NCBI RefSeq assembly: GCF_000175255.2
Contig: NC_017262.1
Location: 1,350,001 to 1,382,000 of the forward strand
Length of the DNA: 32,000 nucleotides
From: Zymomonas mobilis subsp. mobilis ATCC 10988
GTDB lineage: Bacteria > Pseudomonadota > Alphaproteobacteria > Sphingomonadales > Sphingomonadaceae
Reading direction: 5' to 3'
Shown: in pieces, positions 7,573-17,798 of the stretch
How the letters are laid out: each line of letters begins with the position of its first letter
How positions within the stretch are numbered: the stretch's first letter is position 1
Translations under genes and position numbers: made by a program
Notes under the pieces: generated by a model
What the model was told of the DNA's origin: nothing
What the model saw: only the letters and a program-made list of their open reading frames with translations
Databases searched by the model: none

Positions 7573-9339
7573 TTATCCCGCTCTTTTCAACACCCAATCA
7601 ATATTACAGCCACCAGCTGGGGTTAAACCGGATATCGTAATCTGGTTGGTCAAACGCGGCCACCCTGTCGGATCAATCCAGATGCTGGGTTCGCATCCCA
7701 ATTTCCCACCACGGCAACGGAATTGCCACAAGGCGCCCCGCTCAATTCGTAACAAAGCCCCCATGCCATCAGCCGTATTGGTCACCTCTACCCAAGGGGC
7801 GAGGTGGAAACGCAGAATAAAGGGCATCTCGCTGGCTCTTCTGCGCCCCGCAGGCAACAAAATATCCTCACCCCGTAATTCCCAACCATTGGCCGATAAA
7901 GCCAGCTTCCGGCGGTGAATAAAACCGAAACGCCGCATATAGCCGTCATGACTAGCTTCTAACAGGCTACCATTCTGGCCTTCATGGCGATCCAGCTCGA
8001 CTTCACTAACACCGCGCCCCAGACTGCCATCTTCCATCAAAGCGGTCGAATTGCTGTCTTTCAAAACAAGGGTTGAATGGGCAGCGGTTGCCCGCAATAA
8101 TTGGCTTAATTCCGGCGGCAAGGCTTCGCTGGTATCGCCTTGGTCAAGATCACTTCCCAAAACGCCGCCGCAATTAACAATCAAGCGATCGGCACCATCC
8201 GACATTTCAAAAGCCAATGTCGAAGCCGAAGCCAATCCGGCACGATGAATAACCGGCGGCGGAGCCGTATCAATCACCAAAGTCGTCTGACCATGACTTA
8301 AACGCTGATAACCCCATTCACCGGCACGACTTAACGGGCGACTGCGAATACCCGCGGCATAGATAGCGGCATCGACCCGTTTTTTATCGACTGGAACACC
8401 GCCTTGGAAACTGGCAAGCCCACCATCGCCCAAGGTTACACCTAACAAAGCCCTGACAGCACGCGCCATCATACGGGTAATCATGGTGTTGGGCTGCATA
8501 TCGCGGGAATGATACACCGCCAACAGCATCGCACTATATTCAACCAACTCAAGCTGGTCATAGGGGGTGCGGCTGATGATACCACCATCTTCAAAAAGAC
8601 AACGGTTCAAAGCCTTTAACAAACCCTGCTCATGCCGCTGTAGGAAGGTTTTTTCATCCGGCAATAATAGGGTTGCTGCCACCAAACCCATCCATGCAAT
8701 GGCACGGTTAAGGCCGTTTGGCATTTTATCAGCACTGCGGGACAGATGCCGCCCTCCACGGGCAAGGCTGTTTAATAATTTCGATCGGTAAACCAAATCG
8801 GTCGAGGATAAAATAAGTGGCGCATAAGCGCCCCAAAATAAAATCCTGCGTCCCCAAATATCGGGTTGCCACGCTTTATCATCAATTTCATCAGCATGGA
8901 CTTCAAGCCAGTTTCGGGTCAGTTTTTCCGCAATTTTGGCGACTTCCTGCCGATTTCCGGCTGCCGCCAAATCGCGCAGCCAGATAAAGCTATGCAGATA
9001 ATCCGTAAATTCAGGCGAAATCCCTGTAACAGGGAAGAGAGGGTGATCCAGCTTAATCTTTTCATGGAAAAACCGAATTTCTCCATGACGGATAGCATTA
9101 CCGGCTTCGGCATTACCGGAAAAAGGATCGCGTGGCACCGCCATCAACCGCAAAGGCGGTCGCCCCCGCAAACGCAGGGCATAAAAAGGGGTGTGCCATG
9201 ACAAGCGACTCAAACGGTTAACAATCCGTTCGGTTAAAGAAGGCTGCTTGTCACTATTGACACGGATCAACCATTTACCGGGTTTCGGCTCGCCGGAGTT
9301 TTCATCTCCGTTAAGATCGGGATCTCCCTTTTCTCTCAT
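7573..9339 (-). CDS. Heparinase II/III family protein
   Basis: 588 aa; e.g. LDHPLFPVTGISPEFTDYLHSFIWLRDLAAAG...TRNWLEVH...WQPDIWGRRILFWG...DGGIISRTPYDQLELVEYSAMLLA...FEMSDGADRLIVNCGG...STLVLKDSNST...SHDGYMRRFGFIHRRKLALS. The layout matches the heparinase II/III family found next to rpe and rsmB in related genomes (from memory). Confidence 0.75.
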   Translation of the reverse strand: MREKGDPDLNGDENSGEPKPGKWLIRVNSDKQPSLTERIVNRLSRLSWHTPFYALRLRGRPPLRLMAVPRDPFSGNAEAGNAIRHGEIRFFHEKIKLDHPLFPVTGISPEFTDYLHSFIWLRDLAAAGNRQEVAKIAEKLTRNWLEVHADEIDDKAWQPDIWGRRILFWGAYAPLILSSTDLVYRSKLLNSLARGGRHLSRSADKMPNGLNRAIAWMGLVAATLLLPDEKTFLQRHEQGLLKALNRCLFEDGGIISRTPYDQLELVEYSAMLLAVYHSRDMQPNTMITRMMARAVRALLGVTLGDGGLASFQGGVPVDKKRVDAAIYAAGIRSRPLSRAGEWGYQRLSHGQTTLVIDTAPPPVIHRAGLASASTLAFEMSDGADRLIVNCGGVLGSDLDQGDTSEALPPELSQLLRATAAHSTLVLKDSNSTALMEDGSLGRGVSEVELDRHEGQNGSLLEASHDGYMRRFGFIHRRKLALSANGWELRGEDILLPAGRRRASEMPFILRFHLAPWVEVTNTADGMGALLRIERGALWQFRCRGGKLGCEPSIWIDPTGWPRLTNQITISGLTPAGGCNIDWVLKRAG

Positions 9340-9998
9340 GATTTACGCAATATCCTGATATTATCGGTGTAACATGTTGCGCCGCCTTTAAAGCTGGCCG
9401 TTCCCGCGACCAAAACATCGGCACCGGCTTCGACGGCAAGCGGTGCAGTCGTGGCATCAATTCCGCCATCCACTTCCAAGCGGATATCCCGCCCAGAGGC
9501 GGTAATTCTTTGACGGATATCTTTAATCTTTTCTAATTGGGTTTTGATAAATTTTTGGCCGCCAAAACCGGGGTTAACGCTCATCACCATAATCAGATCA
9601 AGATCATCCATTAGATAATCAAGCCAGCTTAAAGGGGTCGCCGGATTAAAAACTAATCCCGCTTTTTTGCCCAATGATTTGATATGCTGAATAGTGCGAT
9701 GGGGATGCGCGCCCGCTTCGGGATGGAAACTGATAATATCAGCACCCGCTTCAGAAAAAGCCTCGATATATTGATCGACAGGCGCAATCATCAAATGGAC
9801 ATCAAAAGGCTTTTGGCTATAGGGACGCAAAGCCTTCACAACCATGGGGCCTATGGTGATATTCGGCACGAAATGGCCATCCATCACATCAATATGGATC
9901 CAATCGGCACCGGCCTGATCTATCGCCGCGACCTCATCTCCCAAATGGGCAAAATCCGCCGAAAGGATAGAGGGAGCAATCAGGGGTAATTTACTCAT
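9336..9998 (-). CDS. rpe: Ribulose-phosphate 3-epimerase
   Basis: MSKLPLIAPSILSADFAHLGDEVAAIDQAGADWIHIDVMDGHFVPNITIGP...MVMSVNPGFGGQKFI...LEVDGGI. The ATG at 9998 is preferred over the upstream one at 10028. Confidence 0.95.
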   Translation of the reverse strand: MSKLPLIAPSILSADFAHLGDEVAAIDQAGADWIHIDVMDGHFVPNITIGPMVVKALRPYSQKPFDVHLMIAPVDQYIEAFSEAGADIISFHPEAGAHPHRTIQHIKSLGKKAGLVFNPATPLSWLDYLMDDLDLIMVMSVNPGFGGQKFIKTQLEKIKDIRQRITASGRDIRLEVDGGIDATTAPLAVEAGADVLVAGTASFKGGATCYTDNIRILRKS

Positions 9999-10034
9999 AA
10001 AATATAGCCAGACAGAATATAGAGACAAAAACTT

Positions 10035-10068
10035 TTAAGGCCGCCTTCTGGGACAAAAGCGACCTTAA
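10035..10068 (-). terminator. Intrinsic terminator-like hairpin downstream of the rsmB-like gene
   Basis: TTAAGGCCGC (10035-10044) / GCGACCTTAA (10059-10068), 9 of 10 paired. Read on the minus strand the hairpin is followed by AAGTTTTTG. Confidence 0.6.
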
Positions 10069-10149
10069 GTCTTTACCGTATCTTGAAATGACGAACCAGT
10101 AGGCTTCAGACTATTATAAATCCATTTGGAAAAAATAGCCTGAATTCAA

Positions 10150-11556
10150 TCATTTTGCTTCTTTTTCGTCATACCGTGTAAAATACGCTATAAAAAAGCC
10201 ATCATTTCCGCCTTTTTCGGCCAGATTTTCTGGTAAAATCCGAAGCCAGCCTTCTTCAGAAGGTGACAAACCGGCAGGCAGCGTCTCTTTTTCCAAAGAA
10301 TCAATCCGGTAATCGGAATGATGGGCTAAAAAGTCGCGAATAACCGCTTCGCCTTCTTCCGGCTCCAAAGAGCAGACGGCATAGACGAGCTTCCCCCCTT
10401 TTTTGACCCATTGCGATGCACGGTGAAGCAACTTTTTCTGCTGTTCAGCCATATCGATAATGATGCGGGAACTGACACGATAAAGCACATCAGGATGACG
10501 GCGGAAAATCCCGCTAGCGGAACAAGGCGCATCCAACAAAATCGCATCAACGGCTTCTTTGGGGGTGTAGTCAGCCAGATCAGCCGTCACCACTTCAGCA
10601 GACAAGCCCATGCGTTTCAGATTGTCATGCAGTCGGGTCAATCTTTTGGCTGCAATATCAACAGCCGTGACCTGCCACCCTTGAGAAGCCAGTTGCATGG
10701 TCTTGCCACCGGGGGCAGCGCAAAGATCAAGAATTGTGCGATTTTTACCCTTGCCCAATAATCGGGCAGCAAGGGAAGCCGAAATATCCTGAACCCACCA
10801 TGCGCCTTCCTGATAGCCCGCCAATTCGGCAATCGGGGGATGCCCCTCTGGAAGACGGATATGACCTAGAAACAGGCTTTCACCGGATAATTTTTCTTGC
10901 CAGAAAGCGGTCTCTTCGGGATTTTTCAGGGTCAGATCAACCGGCGGCTGGTCTGCCAAAGCCCGACTAGCGGCAGCCAACATGGGCTCACCCCAGGCTT
11001 TTTCCCAACGATAGGCGGTTTCATCCGGCAAAGTCGGATATTCCGGCAAAGCCACGCCTTCCCGTCTATCAAGGCTGCCATAAACACCATGAACCAGACG
11101 GCGAGGGCCTCCATCCACCAAAGGCAGAACTGTTGCAATCGCTACATGGGCGGGCTGTTTCAAAACCAGCTTTTGAGCCAGAGCCATTCTCAAAACCATC
11201 CGCGCTTTGACATCGGGGGCAAGGGGCTTAGCGGTCGCACTATCAATCAGTTGATCGAGATCATGACACCAACGCAACACCGCCGCCGCCAAAGCATGCA
11301 CCAAGGCGCGATCAGCATTTTGTTTCAGACCTTGGGTAATTCGGCCAATAACCTGCTCAAGTGGCAAGCCTTGCCGCAATACCGCTTCAAGAAGTTGTAA
11401 AGCCGCTTTTCTGACAGGAAGGCCGATAGGCTGGGCATTTTTTCTTTGCGGAGGACGTTTCGCTGACGAGGCAGAGGCGCGTCCCTCTTTTTTAAAAGAA
11501 CGCGCCTCATTCCGGCTGTCTTTCCCTTTGGGACGGGATGGCCGTGTAGTATTCAT
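10150..11556 (-). CDS. rsmB: RsmB/NOP family RNA (cytosine-C5) methyltransferase
   Basis: NusB-like N-terminal region, then GKNRTILDLCAAPGGKTMQLASQGW, VDAILLDAPCSASGIFRRHPDVLY and KLVYAVCSLEPEEGE. Confidence 0.88.
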   Translation of the reverse strand: MNTTRPSRPKGKDSRNEARSFKKEGRASASSAKRPPQRKNAQPIGLPVRKAALQLLEAVLRQGLPLEQVIGRITQGLKQNADRALVHALAAAVLRWCHDLDQLIDSATAKPLAPDVKARMVLRMALAQKLVLKQPAHVAIATVLPLVDGGPRRLVHGVYGSLDRREGVALPEYPTLPDETAYRWEKAWGEPMLAAASRALADQPPVDLTLKNPEETAFWQEKLSGESLFLGHIRLPEGHPPIAELAGYQEGAWWVQDISASLAARLLGKGKNRTILDLCAAPGGKTMQLASQGWQVTAVDIAAKRLTRLHDNLKRMGLSAEVVTADLADYTPKEAVDAILLDAPCSASGIFRRHPDVLYRVSSRIIIDMAEQQKKLLHRASQWVKKGGKLVYAVCSLEPEEGEAVIRDFLAHHSDYRIDSLEKETLPAGLSPSEEGWLRILPENLAEKGGNDGFFIAYFTRYDEKEAK

Positions 11557-11611
11557 AAAATTCCCGCCCGAATGGACAACCGAAGGTTATGTTGACAAGG
11601 AAAAGACTGGA

Positions 11612-12184
11612 TCACGCGGATTTCGTCTCACCAGATTGAGCCTTGGCAACGCCCACCATCGCCGGACGCAATAAACGGTCATGAATGGTATAACCGGCCT
11701 GCATTTCCTGAACGACAGTGCCTTCCGGCTTTTCGCTTTCGATTTCGATCATCGCCTGATGCAGATTAGGATCAAGTTTTTGACCAACGGATTCGACCCG
11801 TTTGATACCGTGACGCTGCAAGATGTTCAAAAGCTCCTTGCCGGTCATTTCAATACCGGTGACCAGATTTTTGATCTTTTCATCCTGCTTGATGTCATCA
11901 GGAATAGCCGCCAAAGCGCGTTCCATATTATCCGCTACTGAAAGCATGTCGCGCGCAAAACCGGTCACAGAATAGGCAATTGCTTCCGATTTTTCTTTTT
12001 CAAGACGGCGGCGGGTATTCTGGGCTTCGGCTTTACTATAAAGTAGGTCTTTTTTCAGCTTTTCATTTTCAGCCTGCAAATCCTCTACCCCATTTTCTGA
12101 TTTTTCAGCCGAGGCCTCTTCTGGATTTTCGCTTTTGCTTTCCAGATTTTCGGCATCTTCGTATTTTTTCTGTTCTTCGGTCAT
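11612..12184 (-). CDS. grpE: Nucleotide exchange factor GrpE
   Basis: LKKDLLYSKAEAQNTRRRLEKEKSEAIAYSVTGFARDMLSVADNMERAL...GIEMTGKELLNILQRHGIKRVESVGQKLDPNLHQAM...VVQEMQAGYTIHDRLLRPAMVGVAK. Confidence 0.97.
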   Translation of the reverse strand: MTEEQKKYEDAENLESKSENPEEASAEKSENGVEDLQAENEKLKKDLLYSKAEAQNTRRRLEKEKSEAIAYSVTGFARDMLSVADNMERALAAIPDDIKQDEKIKNLVTGIEMTGKELLNILQRHGIKRVESVGQKLDPNLHQAMIEIESEKPEGTVVQEMQAGYTIHDRLLRPAMVGVAKAQSGETKSA

Positions 12185-13218
12185 GCGATTATTCTCGATA
12201 AGGTTTTTGCTGTGAAGTCAACCATGGGGACGATGCGGCCATAGTTCAACCTTGTCGGGCCTATCACCGCCACTACCCCGACCATATGCCCGTCTTCCCC
12301 GTGATAGGGAGAGGCGATAACGGAAGAACCGGAAAGCGAAAACAACTTATTTTCGGAACCGATAAAAATTTGTGCCGCATCGCTTTCGGAAACTTTTTCC
12401 AACAAGCCTGCGATTTCCTTTTTATCTTCCAGTTCTTCAAGAAGCTGTTTGGCGCGATCAAGGTCTTCGCTGGCATCCTGAAGCAGATGGGATTGCCCCC
12501 TGACAATCAGGACAGGCCTTTTCCGGCTATCTTCCGACCAGACAGCCAAACCGCGCTTAATCAGATCGGAAGCCGCTGAATCCAGCTCGCTCCGCTCCAG
12601 ATCAATCTGGCTAAACAGACGTTTTTTGGCTTCGGAAAAACTATATCCCGAAAAATGAGCGTTGATATAGTTACTCGCCTCGGTCAAAGCAGAAGCCGGA
12701 AAGCCCGATGATAATTCGATTACCCTGTTTTCAACCGACCCATCCGAACCGACAATAATGGCCAAAGCCCGATTATCATCCAGCACCACAAAACCCAGTT
12801 GTTTTAAAACCAGCTCTTGTTTTGGAACCAGAACCAATCCGGCACAGGCCGAAAGACCCGACAAAGTCGTCGTGGCATTGACCAGTCTTTCTTTGGGCGA
12901 ATGACCGCGAATAACATCGGCTTCGATGGCCGAACGTTCTTCCTCACTCGGCTCCGAAAGCTGCATCATGCCATTGACGAACAGACGCAAGCCCAATTCT
13001 GTCGGCATACGTCCCGCTGAAATATGCGGGCTTAGCAACAGGCCTTTGGTTTCCAGTTCCTGAAGCACGTAACGAATGGAGGCGGGAGAAAGATTTACCC
13101 CCTGCCTTGCCAGTGTTTTTGACCCCACCGGCAACCCGCTTCCAAGGTAACTTTCCACCACCAGTTGGAAAATCTCGCGCGCCCGCGATGATAATTCTAT
13201 GACCGGTATGGATGACAT
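12181..13218 (-). CDS. hrcA: Heat-inducible transcriptional repressor HrcA
   Basis: IPVIELSSRAREIFQLVVESYLGSGLPVGSKTLARQGVNLSPASIRYVLQELETKGLLLSPHISAGRMPTELGLRLFV. A 4-nt overlap with grpE (ATGA). Confidence 0.96.
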   Translation of the reverse strand: MSSIPVIELSSRAREIFQLVVESYLGSGLPVGSKTLARQGVNLSPASIRYVLQELETKGLLLSPHISAGRMPTELGLRLFVNGMMQLSEPSEEERSAIEADVIRGHSPKERLVNATTTLSGLSACAGLVLVPKQELVLKQLGFVVLDDNRALAIIVGSDGSVENRVIELSSGFPASALTEASNYINAHFSGYSFSEAKKRLFSQIDLERSELDSAASDLIKRGLAVWSEDSRKRPVLIVRGQSHLLQDASEDLDRAKQLLEELEDKKEIAGLLEKVSESDAAQIFIGSENKLFSLSGSSVIASPYHGEDGHMVGVVAVIGPTRLNYGRIVPMVDFTAKTLSRIIA

Positions 13219-13470
13219 AGGCTATAAATAAGCATCAAAAGGCGTTTCGTCACCCCTCGGACAGGAATAAATATCCTGTTTTCATGCCATTTTTACAAGA
13301 AAATCTGTCGGTTTTGATTGAATGATGCCTGCCCTCGTGGCAGGAGAACGCTCTATCATTTGATTATTCTTTCTGCGGCCGGTATTTTCTGGACAGACAC
13401 CGGAATTTCCGAATTGCAGAAACTTCCCCGTTATAAATTTAAGGGTTACTCCCCAAAGAAAGGTTATCCC

Positions 13471-14175
13471 ATGCGTCCTTCAGGTCGAACGCCGGATCAA
13501 TTACGCTCACTTTCCATCGAAACCGGCTTTACCCGCCATGCCGAAGGCTCCTGCCTGATCAGCTTTGGCGACACCCGCGTTTTGGTCACGGCTTCACTGG
13601 AAGAACGCCTGCCTTCATGGTTACGCGGTAAAGGCCAAGGCTGGGTCACGGCAGAATATGGGATGTTACCCCGTTCTACCCACAGCCGCACCAATCGCGA
13701 AGCGGCTCGCGGCAAACAGTCAGGCCGGACGCAGGAAATCCAGCGTTTGATCGGTCGCTCTTTGCGCGCCGGTATTGACCTCAAAAAATTGGGTGAAAGA
13801 CAGATCACCATCGATTGCGATGTGTTGCAGGCCGATGGCGGCACTCGCACCGCTTCGATTTCCGGCGGCTGGGTAGCCCTTCGCCTCGCCGTCAATAAAT
13901 TACTGGCATCCGGCCAACTGACCGAAGACCCAATCATTTCCCAAGTGGCCGCCGTCTCCTGCGGTATTTCGCAAGGGGTGCCGGTGCTTGATCTTGACTA
14001 TGCCGAGGATTCAACCGCCGAAGCTGATGCCAATTTCGTGATGATGGGCGATAGCCGCCTGATCGAAGTTCAGGCCAGCGCCGAGGGCGCACCTTATGAT
14101 GAAGAAGGTCTGTTGCGTCTGGCGCGCATGGGCTGCCAACAAATCTTCGCAGAACAGAAGAAAGCGGTCGCCTAA
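13471..14175 (+). CDS. rph: Ribonuclease PH
   Basis: [73 protein letters not shown]...[24 protein letters not shown]. The start at 13471 is chosen over the ORF start at 13318. Confidence 0.96.
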   Translation: MRPSGRTPDQLRSLSIETGFTRHAEGSCLISFGDTRVLVTASLEERLPSWLRGKGQGWVTAEYGMLPRSTHSRTNREAARGKQSGRTQEIQRLIGRSLRAGIDLKKLGERQITIDCDVLQADGGTRTASISGGWVALRLAVNKLLASGQLTEDPIISQVAAVSCGISQGVPVLDLDYAEDSTAEADANFVMMGDSRLIEVQASAEGAPYDEEGLLRLARMGCQQIFAEQKKAVA

Positions 14176-14176
14176 G

Positions 14177-14806
14177 ATGACCCAGACGCACTCTTCCGAA
14201 AAACGCCGCCGTCTCGAACCGGGACGGCTGGTGCTTGCCAGCCATAATCAGGGCAAATTGCGGGAAATCCGCGAACTACTGTCCCCCTTTGGCTTAGAAA
14301 CCGTTTCAGCGGCGGAATTGGGACTGCCCGAACCTGTCGAAGACGGGAACAGCTTTATCGCCAATGCCGAAATCAAGGCGCGCTTTGTCGCGGAAAAAAC
14401 CGGCTCGGTTGCCTTGGCCGATGATAGCGGCCTTTGCGTCGAAGCGCTGGACGAAGCCCCCGGTATCTATTCCGCCCGCTGGGCAGGTGAGCCGCGTGAT
14501 TTTGATAAGGCCATGGAAAAGGTGCATCAGGAATTAACGGCCAAGGGCGCAGAGGCTTCCAAACGGGCGCATTTCGTTTGTGCTTTGTCCCTTTGCTGGC
14601 CAGATGGCCATGTCGAAAATTTCGAAGGCCATGTCTGGGGTAATCTGATCTGGCCGCCACGGGGGGATCGGGGCTTCGGTTATGATCCGATGTTTGTCGC
14701 CGATGGTCACCAGCAAAGCTTTGCTGAAATCGGTGCCGAGGCCAAAAAAGCCATCAGCCATAGAAGCGAAGCCTTCAAACAACTTTTAGCCGCCTGTCTC
14801 CGTTAA
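14177..14806 (+). CDS. rdgB: Non-canonical purine NTP pyrophosphatase (RdgB/HAM1)
   Basis: [23 protein letters not shown]...[45 protein letters not shown]...[26 protein letters not shown]...[10 protein letters not shown]. Confidence 0.95.
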   Translation: MTQTHSSEKRRRLEPGRLVLASHNQGKLREIRELLSPFGLETVSAAELGLPEPVEDGNSFIANAEIKARFVAEKTGSVALADDSGLCVEALDEAPGIYSARWAGEPRDFDKAMEKVHQELTAKGAEASKRAHFVCALSLCWPDGHVENFEGHVWGNLIWPPRGDRGFGYDPMFVADGHQQSFAEIGAEAKKAISHRSEAFKQLLAACLR

Positions 14807-14812
14807 TCGGCC

Positions 14813-15994
14813 ATGACAGAACAGGCCTTGGGTAAGGACAAAAGACAGGAAAAACAGGATATGCCTTTGGCTTTGTATATCCATTGGCCATTCTGCCTTG
14901 CAAAATGTCCTTATTGCGATTTTAACAGCCATGTTCGGCCAGATATTGATGCCGCCCTTTGGCAGGATGCTTTACTTTCTGACATGGCGCATGAAGCTGC
15001 CCTCACCCAAGGCCGCCGGCTCAGTTCGATCTTTTTCGGGGGTGGCACGCCTTCTCTGATGCCTCCCGAAACGGTAGCCGCGCTGATTGATGCCGCCACC
15101 CGCTATTGGCAACCGACCCCCGATATCGAAATCACACTTGAAGCCAACCCCTCTTCAGTTGAAGCTGACCGTTTCCAATCCTTGGCTTTGGCAGGGGTTA
15201 ATCGTCTATCTCTCGGTATTCAGGCCTTAGACGATACCAGCCTGCATTTTCTAGGAAGAATCCATAATGTCCAAGAAGCCTTATCCGCGCTCGATATCGC
15301 CCAGAAAAACTTCTCCCGTGTCAGCTTTGATCTGATCTATGGCCGCCCGAACCAATCCCTCAAAGATTGGGAAGAAGAATTAAAACAGGCCTTGGCTTTT
15401 GGCAGTGACCATCTGTCCCTTTACCAATTAACGATTGAAGAAGGCACCCGCTTTCACAGTCTGGTAAGACAAGGCCAATTTACCCCGATGGATGGCGACA
15501 AAGCCGCCGATCTTTTCGATCTCACCCGCGATATGACCAAAGCGGCAGGCATCCCCGCTTATGAAATATCCAACCATGCCCGCAAAAATTCGGAAAGCCG
15601 CCATAATCTCACCTATTGGCGTTATGGCGATTATATCGGCATCGGGGCAGGCGCCCATGGCAGAAGACTGAATAACGTCACTATCCGCCATAAAAAACCA
15701 GAAAACTGGCTGTCTGCAGTTCAAAAACAGCAACAGGGTATTCAGGAAGAAACCCCGCTATCACCCAAAGATCAGGCCATAGAAGCCGTCTTGATGGGCT
15801 TGCGCTTAACTGAAGGCATCGATCCCAAAAATATCCAAAAACGCACAGGCTTGGATATCTCCGAATTTCTCGATATCGCCGCTATTCAATATTACAGCGA
15901 CCAAGGATTACTCACCTTCAATAACGGCTTATTACGCATTACCGAGCAAGGCGCTCTATTAACAGATGCCTTAATAAGAGAAATTAGTTTATGA
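14813..15994 (+). CDS. hemW: Radical SAM heme chaperone / coproporphyrinogen III oxidase-like protein HemW
   Basis: LALYIHWPFCLAKCPYCDFNSH radical SAM motif, SIFFGGGTPSLM, LEANPSS, NRLSLGIQALDD, YEISNHARKNSESRHNLTYWRYGDYIGIGAGAHGR. Confidence 0.93.
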   Translation: MTEQALGKDKRQEKQDMPLALYIHWPFCLAKCPYCDFNSHVRPDIDAALWQDALLSDMAHEAALTQGRRLSSIFFGGGTPSLMPPETVAALIDAATRYWQPTPDIEITLEANPSSVEADRFQSLALAGVNRLSLGIQALDDTSLHFLGRIHNVQEALSALDIAQKNFSRVSFDLIYGRPNQSLKDWEEELKQALAFGSDHLSLYQLTIEEGTRFHSLVRQGQFTPMDGDKAADLFDLTRDMTKAAGIPAYEISNHARKNSESRHNLTYWRYGDYIGIGAGAHGRRLNNVTIRHKKPENWLSAVQKQQQGIQEETPLSPKDQAIEAVLMGLRLTEGIDPKNIQKRTGLDISEFLDIAAIQYYSDQGLLTFNNGLLRITEQGALLTDALIREISL

Positions 15995-16739
15995 TTTTAT
16001 TGATAATGATATTTCCTATTACTTTCATTATTCGAATGGTGATGATTAATATAATGGCTAACCATGATTATTTTACTTTCTTTACTACATTAATTAGCAC
16101 TACCGTTGGTGTAGGGGCAACTTATTTTGCTAACTATCTTTTTGAAAACGAAAAGCGAAAAAAATATTACAAGAAAAACTTAATAGAAAATCAATAAAAA
16201 TTATAAGAAATTTAAATATATATTATAATATTTCATTAGAACTATATAATAAATTTAATCAAAAAATTTACCAAAATCCACAAATAATACCTAAACGTAT
16301 TTTTTCTTTAATAAAAGATATAGAATTTTCTTTTAAAGAAAGCGATATATCAGATAATGAAATATATGATATTTTTCATATTACAGATTTTTGTACATCA
16401 AATATGTATGAAAATTTATTTCTTCAAATAAATAATAATTTTAATTATATTAAAAAATATATTAATAAACACGATTTATTTTGGAGAGATGCTGATCTGG
16501 ATTATTTTTCTCAAAATGAAAATGAATTTCATGAATTTATTCAAAAAAGAGAACCTTTAATATTAGAAACATTGGGATTAGCAGGAAAAATATCTCTTTT
16601 ATCTAAAGAAAATATGGAAGGCATAAAAAAATTCTTATCTGTTTTCGTCAACGGCGATAATTTCTATGCAAAAGATATAGAAATAAAATTACCAAAAATT
16701 GATGGCGGTTTCGAAACAATAAAAAGAACCGTCCCTTAA
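15991..16739 (+). pseudogene. AT-rich hypothetical gene, apparently split by a -1 shift at a poly-A run
   Basis: ORF 15991-16197 ends shortly after an A7 run (16158-16164). The -1 frame is open from the run through the ORF at 16404-16739, giving ...FENEKRKK/ILQEKLNRKSIKIIRNLNIYYNISLELYNKFNQKIYQNPQIIPKRIFSLIKDIEFSFKESDISDNEIYDIFHITDFCTSNMYENLF...FETIKRTVP. The N-terminus has a hydrophobic segment (FTTLISTTVGVGATYFANYLF). Confidence 0.55.
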
Positions 16740-16745
16740 TAAAAC

Positions 16746-17456
16746 TCACATAATCGGAAAATGATTAAGCCGCCTCCGCCTTTCTTTCCAATCGGGCAAA
16801 AAGCGATCCATAAAGGCATAAAAACGGCGATTATGGGAAGCCTCCAACAGATGCACCATCTCATGCACCACAACATATTCAAGACATTCAGGCGGTTTTT
16901 TCACCAATTCGCTATTTAACCAGATACGCCCTGCCCTGACGTTACAACTACCCCACAGGGTTTTCATGGTCTTAACCCGCCAAACAGCGACCTCCACGCC
17001 GATAATTTTTTCCCAACGCGCCGCTAAATCGGGGATAGCCTGCTCTAATTGCGCTCGAAACCACAAGGCTAACCATTTCTCTTTCTTCTCGGCAGAAGGC
17101 GGAATCGCCGTATGCATTTGCAATCGAGAGGGTGACAGCGGCAGAATTTTCGATTGCAACGAACCTGCCACTATTTCCAAATGATATCTCTCACCCCATA
17201 ACCAATAGGCTTCTTCACCGCGATCTTGGGCTTTTATCTCGATTGCTTTTTGGTAGCGTTTTTGACGTTTTTCTATCCATGCCATGCGGCCAGCGAGAAT
17301 ATGACGAAGCGTCGCCTCTTTCATATTTCGGGGTGCCGAAACCACAACCGAACCATCATCAGGGGACAACCGGATATAAAGATTTTTAATCTCTTTCCGC
17401 AGGATATGGATCACAACCCCTGCAAGAATAATATCGCTCGCCGCTTCTTTTGCCAT
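16746..17456 (-). CDS. YgjP/SprT-like M48-type zinc metallopeptidase (DUF45)
   Basis: LEYVVVHEMVHLLEASHNRRFYAFMDRFLPDWKERRRRLN, containing an HExxH zinc motif, and LWGSCNVRAGRIWLNSELVKKP. Confidence 0.88.
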   Translation of the reverse strand: MAKEAASDIILAGVVIHILRKEIKNLYIRLSPDDGSVVVSAPRNMKEATLRHILAGRMAWIEKRQKRYQKAIEIKAQDRGEEAYWLWGERYHLEIVAGSLQSKILPLSPSRLQMHTAIPPSAEKKEKWLALWFRAQLEQAIPDLAARWEKIIGVEVAVWRVKTMKTLWGSCNVRAGRIWLNSELVKKPPECLEYVVVHEMVHLLEASHNRRFYAFMDRFLPDWKERRRRLNHFPIM

Positions 17457-17798
17457 AGGCTCTTATCTAACACTCAAAAAAAATTTCACGCCCATTTCTC
17501 GGTATTTAAGACGCATTATCGAATAATCTTGGAGATAATTTGCGCTTTACCGCCTTTCCATCTCATCACAGCTTTTTTAGAAAGACAGCCGCTCTGGCCT
17601 TAGCCTAGGAAAGAAAAAATATATTTTAGAGTGTAAACAAAATATTGTTATCATTCACCCCCTCCATAACGATAAAAAGAGGATAAACATTCTTTGTGGA
17701 TCGACAGGTCAACTTTCAAAGTCTATGATGCCACCTCATCTTTAATCCCTCTTTATCTGTTATAAAAACGGATCGCTGATACTGAAAGTCCTTGTATA

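Noticed and set aside
13219-13470. Possible CIRCE operator (TTAGCACTC-N9-GAGTGCTAA) upstream of hrcA
   Set aside because: By eye, no matching inverted repeat is present in the hrcA-rph intergenic region. Only a short ACAGGA/TCCTGT hairpin was seen.
15991-16745. AT-rich segment as a prophage or defence island
   Set aside because: Only about 750 bp, with no integrase, phage or nuclease motif. Treated as a single foreign or decayed gene.
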